From a virus (taxonomy: Duplodnaviria > Caudoviricetes), in the IMG/VR virus record IMGVR_UViG_3300020182_000034, positions 1 to 61,762 of that record: 61,762 nucleotides of DNA. One strand, given 5' to 3'. The position numbers were made by a program, and so were the translations under genes. This document shows, in pieces, positions 28,950-38,800 of the stretch. The stretch's first letter is position 1, and the number at the start of each line of letters is the position of its first letter. The notes under the pieces were generated by a model. The model was not told the origin of the DNA. It did not search any database and worked only from the letters and a program-made list of their open reading frames with translations.

Positions 28950-30119
28950 ATGACAAATGAATCCCACTCAAACTTAAATAAACAGTTAAGTTCATTAACT
29001 CCCGACACCCTTTTGGAATTTTTTGAAATAGATTTTAGCTCCCTGCAGGCAAATTTCGATCAGTTCAAGCAGGATTACGGCGTAAACTTTGGGGCAGAAC
29101 CTATCTACCGATTTTGCCCCATGATAAATGGCACGAATCCGATAATTTGGCTTGGAGAATCCTACCAGCCTTTACCCATAAAGATTGAAGGTTTCGAGAG
29201 TAAGGGCGAGGGAGGGTTGGCCAGGCCAACTTTGAGCATTGCAAATCCAGAAGGTATATTTTCAAGAATAGTGTATTCAAATAATGATTTTAACAACTGC
29301 AAGGTTACGAGAAAAAGAACTTTTGCGAGGTTTTTAGATTTTAACAATTTCCAGAATAGAAATTTAAACGAAAAAGACCAAAACCCGTTTGGAAAAAGCG
29401 ATCCTGACGCCCATTTAGGAAAAGATGTATACTATATTAATAGAAAAGTTTCTGAGGATAAAAATGCCATAGTTTTTGAGCTAGTATCCCCTTTGGAGAT
29501 GGAAGGAGCTAAGATTCCCGCCAGAACGATCTTATCCAACCATTGCCCGTGGAACTATAGATGCTCTGTAGGTTGTCAATACATAGGTTTGCCTATAGAG
29601 ACTGTCGAAGGTAAAGATCTTACCGAAAATTTCGCAAATAATGAATCAGAAATTGATAACTTCGGAAACAATACAGCTTTAGTTAATAATAATTTGGGAA
29701 AAGTGGACCCTGAAAGATATCCCGGCATGATAAAGTCAATACCCGAATGGAGCCCTTTTGGGCATAGCTATGTTGCAGCAATAGGTTTTGAGGAAGGCTC
29801 CTCTGATGACATTAAGAAATACCAAATGGGAGACTTAGTTAAAATTGAAAATAACACTTCCTTGAACCCATACATGAACACGCCCCAAGTTTTCGTGTGC
29901 ACATCTACCCATTCAAACCCAAGATTGTTTCACCCATACTTTAGCAAGGATCATTGGCTAAAGGATGAATGTTCAAAAGAGCTAGACTCTTGCAAGAAGA
30001 GGTTTCCGCCTCGAGGGGAAAATGAAAAATATCAAGCATACACTCGTGTAAAAGGGCACATCCCCCAGCCATTAAGATTTGGAGGTTTTCCGGGCACGGA
30101 AGAGTATCCTTTTGAATAG
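28950..30119 (+). CDS. Lambda gpL-like minor tail tip protein
   Basis: YQPLPIKIEGFE, RPTLSIAN, VTRKRTFARFLD, FELVSPLE, CPWNYR..CQYIG, DECSK..SCKKRF, FGGFPG; Cys pattern of gpL. Confidence 0.85.
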   Translation: MTNESHSNLNKQLSSLTPDTLLEFFEIDFSSLQANFDQFKQDYGVNFGAEPIYRFCPMINGTNPIIWLGESYQPLPIKIEGFESKGEGGLARPTLSIANPEGIFSRIVYSNNDFNNCKVTRKRTFARFLDFNNFQNRNLNEKDQNPFGKSDPDAHLGKDVYYINRKVSEDKNAIVFELVSPLEMEGAKIPARTILSNHCPWNYRCSVGCQYIGLPIETVEGKDLTENFANNESEIDNFGNNTALVNNNLGKVDPERYPGMIKSIPEWSPFGHSYVAAIGFEEGSSDDIKKYQMGDLVKIENNTSLNPYMNTPQVFVCTSTHSNPRLFHPYFSKDHWLKDECSKELDSCKKRFPPRGENEKYQAYTRVKGHIPQPLRFGGFPGTEEYPFE

Positions 30120-30441
30120 TCGACTCTCAAAAGAAATACTTGATGAGATAGCAGATTACGCTAAAAGGTTTAGGCTTGAGGAGTCTTGCGGTCTTGTGGT
30201 TGAAGAGGGAGATTGTTTAAGGTTTGTTGCATGTAAAAACCTCAGCAGGCGCAGGGATATGCATTTTTTAATCAATCCAGAGATTTTAATTGAAAACAAT
30301 GTTTTTTGTATTTATCATTCTCATGTGAACCATTCTCCTTCTCCTTCCAAACTTGATATTAAAAGCTCAAATGATTTATGTATTCCTTATTTGATATATA
30401 GTTTGAGAGATGATGACTTTTATTTTTATAATTGTGTATAA
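30112..30441 (+). CDS. Lambda gpK-like JAB/MPN domain protein (no NlpC/P60 domain)
   Basis: EESCGL and IYHSH..PSPSKLD JAMM motif; start uncertain (TTG 30112 or 30079). Confidence 0.8.
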   Translation: MNSRLSKEILDEIADYAKRFRLEESCGLVVEEGDCLRFVACKNLSRRRDMHFLINPEILIENNVFCIYHSHVNHSPSPSKLDIKSSNDLCIPYLIYSLRDDDFYFYNCV

Positions 30442-30451
30442 AGTATAAGGA
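30434..30451 (+). promoter_or_regulatory. GTGTA motif and TAAGGA Shine-Dalgarno-like site upstream of the gpI/gpJ-like gene
   Basis: GTGTATAAAGTATAAGGA before GTG 30458. Confidence 0.5.
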
Positions 30452-30457
30452 AATAAG

Positions 30458-33400
30458 GTGAAAAAAGTATATTTACATGGCAGTTTAGGTATGAAGTTTG
30501 GCAAGTCTTGGTGTCTTGATGTCAAGAGCATTCCCGAGGCTTTAAGGGCCATCGATTGCAACAAAGAAGGGTTTCTTGATTACTTTCTGGCGGATATTGT
30601 TGATACTCAATACGTTATATTAAAAAAAGATGCAAAGGATATAAAAAACAAGAAGGACTTTTCCGACAACTTAGTCAAGGAAAAGTCTGAAGCTATCGGA
30701 ATTTTAACCTTTGAGGAAATACATTTAGTGCCAATTGTTCAAGGTGGGGCTCCGGTAGGAGCCGCGATCTCTGCATGGGCTGTGGAGTTTTTCACCGTTC
30801 AAACTTTGATTAATATTGTAATTATGACTGCAATAAGTTACGGAATAGCAATGTTGACCAAGCCTCCAGATCCAGAAACCAAGGATATTAAAACTATAAC
30901 CTCCAAATCATATGTACTTAATGGAGCTAAAAACAGGGCAGCCCAGGGCATTGCTGTACCAATAGGTTACGGAAGATTAATGGTTGGCTCTTCAAATATA
31001 GGCATGAAGATTGATGTTAAAAGGTATCTTAAAAACAGATCTAATGACTCAAGAGTATTAGAGTCCTATTCTTCTACCAAGTTTCTTGATATATTATGCG
31101 AAGGGCCCATAGAGGGTTTTGTTAGTCAGAGGGGCGAAAAGCTCAGAAAGGAGGATTGGGAGAAATCCATCTTTTTAAACAAAGTTCCTATTAGGGGTGA
31201 AGATGGTCGATTCAACTACATACTTTCTGAGAGCACGTCTCAAGGAGAAGAGGGCGGACTTAGCGAAGAAAAACTAACAGATATTCCTAGACCCATCGGC
31301 CTTGCTCTTGGCGAGGAGTTTTCAGCTTCTTCATCTGTAGTGTCTAGGGGTATAAATTATATCAAAGAGCACAACTTACAACTTTATGGACCAATGCCCT
31401 ACCCTCTGGCCGGGAGCCCCTTTAATGAGACGGTGACTGATGCAGGTGGCTTGATTAGTTATTCAATATCGAAGGAGGCGGGAGCTAAGGTTTGTTCTCA
31501 TTTAGTCAAAAATGTGAACGTTAATAAAGTAACATTTACTTTTCAATGCAGGTTGTCATACCACAATATAGAAGGTACCACTTTTCCTGAGACGTGCAGC
31601 TTTGTAATATTAGTTGAGCGATATAATGGCGAGTTTAATATTTTAGACCCCGAAAATTCCGGGTGTCTCGTAACTGTCCCAGAGTTCGCAGATAATATTA
31701 CCACCCAGAATTCTATTGCCGCATCCAAGAAGTGGGAGTTTGGTCTCGATTACTTCAAAAACCTTGGTCCGTTATCAGCGGAGAGGTATCCGGATATGGT
31801 GGGTGCATATGCAATGCTTCTTCTTGCTAGTGAGGGATCAGCAGCGGGTCAGACCAGTAAGAAATTCCAAAAAACCTGGGAACAATTTGTTGACCTAAAC
31901 CAAGAAGTTTCTAAGGCTTACAAAGAAACAGTGATAAATGAAAAGTATTTTTCAGTTTCAGGTATTGCAACTGATCCTTTTGAGTTTCAAATTGAATGCG
32001 ATTTCGCTTTCAATTTAGACACTGTCGAGATTAACGAGGGTATCACCTTTAAAATTATAAAGCTTAGTCCTGAACTTGACCCAAGCGTGGACGCCTCGGA
32101 TAATATAATTGCCGGAATGCGCAAGGTTAGATTCTTAAGTTTATCGCATATTCAAGAAGGTGTTGTTTGCGACATGATGTATCCGCATACCGCGATATGC
32201 TCTGTGGAGTTTGATAGCAAAAATTTCGAATCAACTCCAGAAAGAGCTTACCACGTGAAGCTTAAGAAAGTTTTAATTCCTTCTAATTATGACCCAGTCC
32301 TAAGAAAATATATTAATCAGTCTGGAGAAAAAACTCCCTGGAACGGACTATTTAAGGGGCAGGAAAATAGCTCTCAGTCTCTGTATTCAGTTGAGGATTC
32401 AAATAAATATTGGACAGATAATCCCGCGTGGATATTATTCGATTTGATTGACAATCCTAGGTTCGGGGTTTCTAGGTATGGGCTTGAGCCTGGCAGTATT
32501 GATAAGTGGCAATTGTTTAAAATATCAAAATATTGTGATGAGTTTGTTGACACTGGCTACAATGTGGAAACGAAAACAAAAATCCCAAGAGCTTTTTATA
32601 CAGATAACATAGTTAAGTATGATGATGAATATAATATAGTTGATAATGATTACGGATATATTGAGGTCGACATAAGTCCCGAACAATGGTTTTTTAATGA
32701 AGAAAATGTCGCCATACTTGAATCAAAGGGTTTCGGAAGAAGAGATTATAAGCCCGCAGGATTAAATCGCTATACACTCTGCAATACCGAGTCTATTGTT
32801 AACTCCGTCTTTCAGGATATAGTTCGAAGGGATGCAACAAGCGAAGAGCTTGATGACTTTTTACAAAATTCTTTTAGCGTTGGAACGGTTGCTGATTTAT
32901 TGGTAAACGAGCTCTCGGAAGACAGCCAATCTCCAGCGTTCTCTCCGAACTCTGTTTTTTCAAATGGGGATTTTATTAAAGAATTTGGAGACGGACGACA
33001 GTTTGCAGGAAAGAAAATAGCTTTTTATTCAGCCTCGCATAGTTTTGAGACTTATTCCGAACAAATCAAGCGCAAAATTCACAAGGACTCCTGCCTCGGC
33101 TCCGAGAACAAAATAATAGAGGAAAGGATTTTGTTAAGTTCAGATCCAATAACTAGAAAAATCATTGTTTCTGGGCCCAACTTTGAGGAGGATTTTAAAT
33201 GCTTGACTCACCAAGGCTCAAACGTATCTCTTGGAGGTTGTGCGTGCCAAATTAATCACCCGTTGATTGAGCCTCGATTTTCTTGTAATTTGTATATCAC
33301 TGACCAGTTGGAGGCTTTAGAAGCTCTCAACCATTTAACCTCGGTCTTTAGAGGTATGATAAGCTACTATGATGGAAAAATAAGTGCGAATATAGACCGC

Positions 33401-35854
33401 CCAAAAAAGCCCCAAGCTTTATTTACCAACTCGAACATTAGCAAAGAAGGATTTTCTTATGCAGGTACCCACAAAAATCAAAAATACACAAGCTCGCTTG
33501 TGAGGTTTAACAATAAGGAGAAACAATTTTCTTCCGACGTAATATTTGAGGAAGATTCTCGAGCAACCCAAGTCTTAGGCTTCTCTCAGAAAGAAAGTAT
33601 AGGGTTTGGGATAACTTCAGAATCTCAGGCCAGAAGGTTTGCTAGATGGGTGCTTTCTACCTCGAATTTAGAGCTTGACGCAATATCATTCAAGACATCT
33701 TTGCAGGCAAACTTATTATCCCCAGGCTCTATCTTTGAAGTTTCCGACGAAATGAGAGTTGGAAAGCATAAAAGTGGTAGAATAGTTGATGTCGGTACGG
33801 AGCAAATAATGTCGTTTCTCGACCATGATTATGAAGAGTATGTTAATCAAGACGTCGGCTTACTTAGTTATTGGAACGAGTCTGTTGAGCCTAATCCTGA
33901 TAATGAGCTATCAAAGCTTCAGTGGGGGCGACAACATTGGACCCTAGTTGGTCAATATGAATTTATTACCACCACTATAGATCTTGAAGATAGCTCAGAA
34001 ATATCGCTTGAAGACGGAACGTCAGAGCTTATTGAGGAAGTGAGGATCCCCATCAGAACGATGTTTTTTAAAACTGTTGAAAGGTTAGGCCTTAGTCCGT
34101 TTTTAATTTTAGATAAATCTTTAGATAGTTTTCCAAACCTATCAAGAGTGGAGCTTTCTGTTTCAGTCGGACTTTCCCAACATTCTTATGAAACCATTAA
34201 TGATAGAGCTAATACAGAAAAAAGCTCTTTCGATCAAGACGCAGAAATTGAAAACATCAGCTCTCCACAGCTGCTTAAATTTGACGCAAGGGTCACGAGC
34301 TTGAGAGAGACGGGGGAAACGTCCCATTTGGTCGATTCCACAGGGGTGATAGATAGCCTTTCTTTAAAGTTAAGCTTTAAGCCTTTAGTTAAAGATAATA
34401 GATTTGAGGTTGTTCGTCACAAGTTTGAGGATGGATCTAGGGTTAGGTTTGTATCTGGAGGTATTCTACCCGCAGGTTTGGATGGAGATAGGGTTCTTGA
34501 TCGGTCTTATTTTGTCATAAATATCACCGACCACTCTTTTCAAATCTCAGAAGTTGCTAATGGATTGCCTGTCATAATTCATGACCAAGGGAAGGATTCG
34601 TTCTTAAACAATGGAGGGGACCATTTCGTATGCCCAGAGAGCATGACTGGAGAAATTGACGACATAACCCTCGAGTCTTTCAATCAAATACAAAAAGGAT
34701 CAACTTTTTCTATTAGTGGGCACACGGATCTAGAAAGCAATTCAGCTCTCGGCGCCAGGCTTCTTGATTCTGCGAATTTATTAGCTATTGGTGTTGAGGG
34801 TCTTGATTTCGTGGAGTATAAATCTTGGCAGAATTCAACTATTTTTGGGAATGTTTATATTTCTAGTAGAGACTGGGTTTATGCAGAAGATCTTGGTTGG
34901 GTATACATTAAAAGCATGATTGAGGCAGCCTGGAATAAGCGATGGGGCTTTATTAATGAAATAGGTTGGGTTTTCTTTAACAGCTCACTTAGGGGCTGGA
35001 TTTATTTTCAATGCTTCGAGGGTCACTTAACCATTAACCCTTGGGTTTATAAAAAAAATGAGCAGTTGTTTATAACAGACTCAGACTTATTGGATAAAAA
35101 AGTTTTAGATTACGCGTTCTTGGGTGGGTACGCCAATAATCCATCAGGAAAGAGGTTTGTTATTAGATCTATAAATGGTGAAGGATACTGGCTTGTTTTG
35201 GATAGAGAGTTAAAAGAGGGAGTACAGACTTTAGAGACTGCTCCTTCGGTAGTGGGAGCTATTCCTTCGAACATTGATGAAACCACCGCTTCGTCCAACC
35301 CGGGTTTAAGGGAGTCTGCCATATCAAACATATCATATACCTTATTGGATTACTCAAAACAAAGCGTAGATTCTGCGAGCATTACTTTCCCTCAAGGTCA
35401 TGGTCTCGAAATTCAATATAATTTAAAAATGCATATCAGCGGCGTTGATAGTGGGGATCCGGCTTTTGATGCATTAATAAATAAAGAATGGAGCACTATA
35501 TATGTTGACGACAATAATGTTGAGCTAGTTGGTTCTGAGGGGATCGTTGAACTTTTGAAGGAGAACTCTTTTCAATTTGTTGATCTTGGTAGCGCTACTT
35601 ATATAGCAAGGTTGGAAAGTGTTTTTTCAAACTTATTGCCTTCAAAGCTGTATAGAACTTTGTCTGTCAAGGAAGTTTCCAGTTCGGAGTTTGAGGTTAG
35701 CGGAATGGAGTACAATCTCGCAAAGTTTAAATCAATAGATGAAAATACACCGGTAAGGATTCCGTATTTTCCTATTCCTCCTCAGGCCGATATGAGTGTA
35801 CCTGAGTCACCAACCCTTTTAGAATTAGAAGATAATACCTATAGGGGCAACTAG
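30458..35854 (+). CDS. Fused gpI-like and gpJ-like (N-terminal part) tail tip/host-specificity protein
   Basis: KVYLHGSLGMKFG..SIPEALRAI (gpI-like); VPIGYGR, LCEGPIEG, YPHTA, WTDNPAW, EPRFSCN, GITSESQARR (gpJ-like). Confidence 0.85.
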   Translation: MKKVYLHGSLGMKFGKSWCLDVKSIPEALRAIDCNKEGFLDYFLADIVDTQYVILKKDAKDIKNKKDFSDNLVKEKSEAIGILTFEEIHLVPIVQGGAPVGAAISAWAVEFFTVQTLINIVIMTAISYGIAMLTKPPDPETKDIKTITSKSYVLNGAKNRAAQGIAVPIGYGRLMVGSSNIGMKIDVKRYLKNRSNDSRVLESYSSTKFLDILCEGPIEGFVSQRGEKLRKEDWEKSIFLNKVPIRGEDGRFNYILSESTSQGEEGGLSEEKLTDIPRPIGLALGEEFSASSSVVSRGINYIKEHNLQLYGPMPYPLAGSPFNETVTDAGGLISYSISKEAGAKVCSHLVKNVNVNKVTFTFQCRLSYHNIEGTTFPETCSFVILVERYNGEFNILDPENSGCLVTVPEFADNITTQNSIAASKKWEFGLDYFKNLGPLSAERYPDMVGAYAMLLLASEGSAAGQTSKKFQKTWEQFVDLNQEVSKAYKETVINEKYFSVSGIATDPFEFQIECDFAFNLDTVEINEGITFKIIKLSPELDPSVDASDNIIAGMRKVRFLSLSHIQEGVVCDMMYPHTAICSVEFDSKNFESTPERAYHVKLKKVLIPSNYDPVLRKYINQSGEKTPWNGLFKGQENSSQSLYSVEDSNKYWTDNPAWILFDLIDNPRFGVSRYGLEPGSIDKWQLFKISKYCDEFVDTGYNVETKTKIPRAFYTDNIVKYDDEYNIVDNDYGYIEVDISPEQWFFNEENVAILESKGFGRRDYKPAGLNRYTLCNTESIVNSVFQDIVRRDATSEELDDFLQNSFSVGTVADLLVNELSEDSQSPAFSPNSVFSNGDFIKEFGDGRQFAGKKIAFYSASHSFETYSEQIKRKIHKDSCLGSENKIIEERILLSSDPITRKIIVSGPNFEEDFKCLTHQGSNVSLGGCACQINHPLIEPRFSCNLYITDQLEALEALNHLTSVFRGMISYYDGKISANIDRPKKPQALFTNSNISKEGFSYAGTHKNQKYTSSLVRFNNKEKQFSSDVIFEEDSRATQVLGFSQKESIGFGITSESQARRFARWVLSTSNLELDAISFKTSLQANLLSPGSIFEVSDEMRVGKHKSGRIVDVGTEQIMSFLDHDYEEYVNQDVGLLSYWNESVEPNPDNELSKLQWGRQHWTLVGQYEFITTTIDLEDSSEISLEDGTSELIEEVRIPIRTMFFKTVERLGLSPFLILDKSLDSFPNLSRVELSVSVGLSQHSYETINDRANTEKSSFDQDAEIENISSPQLLKFDARVTSLRETGETSHLVDSTGVIDSLSLKLSFKPLVKDNRFEVVRHKFEDGSRVRFVSGGILPAGLDGDRVLDRSYFVINITDHSFQISEVANGLPVIIHDQGKDSFLNNGGDHFVCPESMTGEIDDITLESFNQIQKGSTFSISGHTDLESNSALGARLLDSANLLAIGVEGLDFVEYKSWQNSTIFGNVYISSRDWVYAEDLGWVYIKSMIEAAWNKRWGFINEIGWVFFNSSLRGWIYFQCFEGHLTINPWVYKKNEQLFITDSDLLDKKVLDYAFLGGYANNPSGKRFVIRSINGEGYWLVLDRELKEGVQTLETAPSVVGAIPSNIDETTASSNPGLRESAISNISYTLLDYSKQSVDSASITFPQGHGLEIQYNLKMHISGVDSGDPAFDALINKEWSTIYVDDNNVELVGSEGIVELLKENSFQFVDLGSATYIARLESVFSNLLPSKLYRTLSVKEVSSSEFEVSGMEYNLAKFKSIDENTPVRIPYFPIPPQADMSVPESPTLLELEDNTYRGN

Positions 35855-35862
35855 ACATAAAT

Positions 35863-38800
35863 ATGGCAACTACTATACTTGGGGTAAAATTTAAAATTAA
35901 CGACTTAAGCGCTAATTATGAATTAATTGGAACTTCTGACAATTACTCATTCTCTTATAACCTAGGTAAGGGTGCAGACCTTGTGGAGGAAGGCGGAAGC
36001 AATGAATATAGCAAGTCTGTAGATCTTTATGGTAATTATGGATTGTTTAATGTTAGAGTGTTTGCCGTCAACTCTGTCGGTATTAGGTCTCAATTTATAC
36101 AGGAAAACATATCTATCTCCGCTCCAGAGTTTGACGGAACTTTTTCATTTTCAAATATATCTATAAGCAATAATACCGAAATAGAAGGTTTAGTTTTAAA
36201 TTCCCCAACAAGGGAAGATAATTCATTAATTGTTAGCTCAGAGTATCGAGGTAGGTCTTTTTTATTGAATTGGGAAATATCTCCTCCACCCGGCCACCCC
36301 AAAGAAGGGGAATCTGTATCTTCAGAAATGATATCTGACCCTTTCTTTGGGCACTTCGAAATCAAGATTCAAAACGGAGACCCCTCCGCGGAAGTCTTGA
36401 CACTAAATAACTCCGAACCTTTTAAGATTTATTTAAAAACTGATGACGTTGATTTTGAACTCGCTAACTACTCTCAGTTTTCTCTTGGTATTAATGAGGA
36501 TATTTTTAATGATATAAGTTTTGATAGAAATTTTGATATAGAGGTTAAGTGTTTTGACTCTTTAGGAGGGTCCTCCACTGGATTGATGGTTGCATTTAAC
36601 CCAAAACCGGTATTAAGCAACTTCCTTCACTCTTTCTCATCTTCGCTATCATCTTTTAGTTGGACTTCTGAAAGTTTAGACCTTAAGGACGTCTTGGTTA
36701 AATGCATCGCTGTTGATAGCTCTCACGAGTTAAGTGACAAATCGGACTTGGTCGCAAGTTACGAACATATAGAAAGCTTGAACTCCGCCCCTTTGTATAC
36801 ATCTATAAATGGACAACTATATAATGCGGGTGATAAGGTTTTATATTCTGATGAAAATGTATATGAGGCGTTGCAATCTCATACCACAACCCAATTAACT
36901 TCGCCAAACAATACAATCTACTGGTTAAATATAGGGCCAAGGGTTGCCGTGGACTTCAGTGAACAGTTCACTTCTAGCAAAAACTCTTTCAAGAAATATC
37001 AGCTTTGGGGGTTTTCGTATTATTTCTCCTTTCAACCTTTCGACGCTTACGGAGAGGGCGATATTTTTAATTTGACAAAAAACGGACTACAGCTTCAGGA
37101 TTCTGGGGAAGAGTTAATGCCTACAACTTCAGAGGTTGAGATTCAAGACTTGCAGTTCAGGGAAAGAGGTTCAGACTTAGTATTTGGCTGGAGAATTGTT
37201 GATCAAGATGGGCAAGATGTTGACCTTGATCAATATAAATACGCATTATCATCAACAGAAGTTCCTCAATCATTAGGCATTTCTTTGAGCCTTTTTGACG
37301 AAGATTCCCAGCAGCCTTTATACACGTTTCCGGCGGGACAAAATTCTAAAACTAAATATCTTGATAGCTCCAACAGTATAGCCGAATTAAATAATCTTTC
37401 TAGTGCCTCTGTTTTCAACACCTTTGAGTATACGAGGGAGATTAATAACAGCATATATTTGGATGGGGGTTTTCCCGCAAACGCGGCAGAGTTTGATTCT
37501 GAGCTTGTATATAGCCCTGACCAGTTATCGAGTTTAGTTTTCATTCAGGGTGGAACTGATAATTATTTATATAAGTCCATCACGCAGAACTCTGCAACAA
37601 ACCCTTATGCCAGACCTTTATACACTAGCTGGTCTAGTAATGAAGATTTTTACTCTTCTAAACCTGGAGTCTCTGCTGATATTGTAGAGTTTAACGGTAG
37701 TCTATATACAATACTGCAAGATGTAGGTCCAAGCTCCCCTTTCTCTCTCGGAATTTTCAACGAAAACAATTCGTACTCTGTTGGGGATTTGGTTGTTCAC
37801 CCAAGTCAATATCTTGAAGTTTTTGACCCTTCTTTACCTTACAGAAGGGGGGAACTCGTCATGTCTCAAGGGTCAGCTTTTGAATGTTTAATTACTCAAA
37901 CAGAGGGCAACGCTGTGAACCCATACTCGTCCGAGACTTTTTGGGAGAAAAAATTATTTGTCGTCGATGTTCATTGCGCGGTTTTTGAGATGGTTCACGA
38001 CGCATCTGCAGACCAATTCGGCGAAACTCCCGGGTCTTCGAATTCTGCTTGGCAAGCAATTGATCCCGAAAACTCACCCCAACATTTTCACCTGTTCGCT
38101 GCGAAGTACTCGCTTGATATATCTGAGTGGTCTAGTTTTACCTATTTTGCTTACGGACAACTTGTTGTTTTTAAAAATGATATTTGGGTCTGCATTCAAG
38201 CCCATAACCAAAACCAACTTCCAGTGGACAGTAAGGTTCCTGATGAAAGCGAAAGTTTTTGGTCTCAGAACGACTTGTCTACCTCTTTGGATATATTTAC
38301 AGAAAATCAAGTCGGAGATTTAGCTTTTTATAATAATTCATTGTATAAGTGCATATCCGATAATCCAACAGGAGCTCCAATTAGGGCCGAACAGTCAACA
38401 GATAGAGAGTCGCTGTCTAATTATCAAGACTGTCAATGGTTACCTTTTTGGGAGCAAAATGACGATTATGGCCCTGTGTTTGGGCACATAGGTATTCCAG
38501 AAAAAGGAAAAAGGGACGTTGTTGCATCCGTTAGCCTTTTGAATAATTTTGGAGAAATTTTAAATTCAAAAAGTGTTGTTGCCACCAACCCTCCGCCAAA
38601 AATATTACCACAGGGGTTTAGTGTTGATAGCACAAGTATGGCGTCAAGGATTAAGTTTAATTTTAATTACGATCAAGGGTTCCAAGAAAAGACTACGAAG
38701 GTTAATCTGTATAGGTCTAGCGTTCAGGATTTTGATATAACTGGATCTGACAAGTTTCCTCTTGAGCATATTGGTGAAGATTCTACATTCGTAAAGTCTG

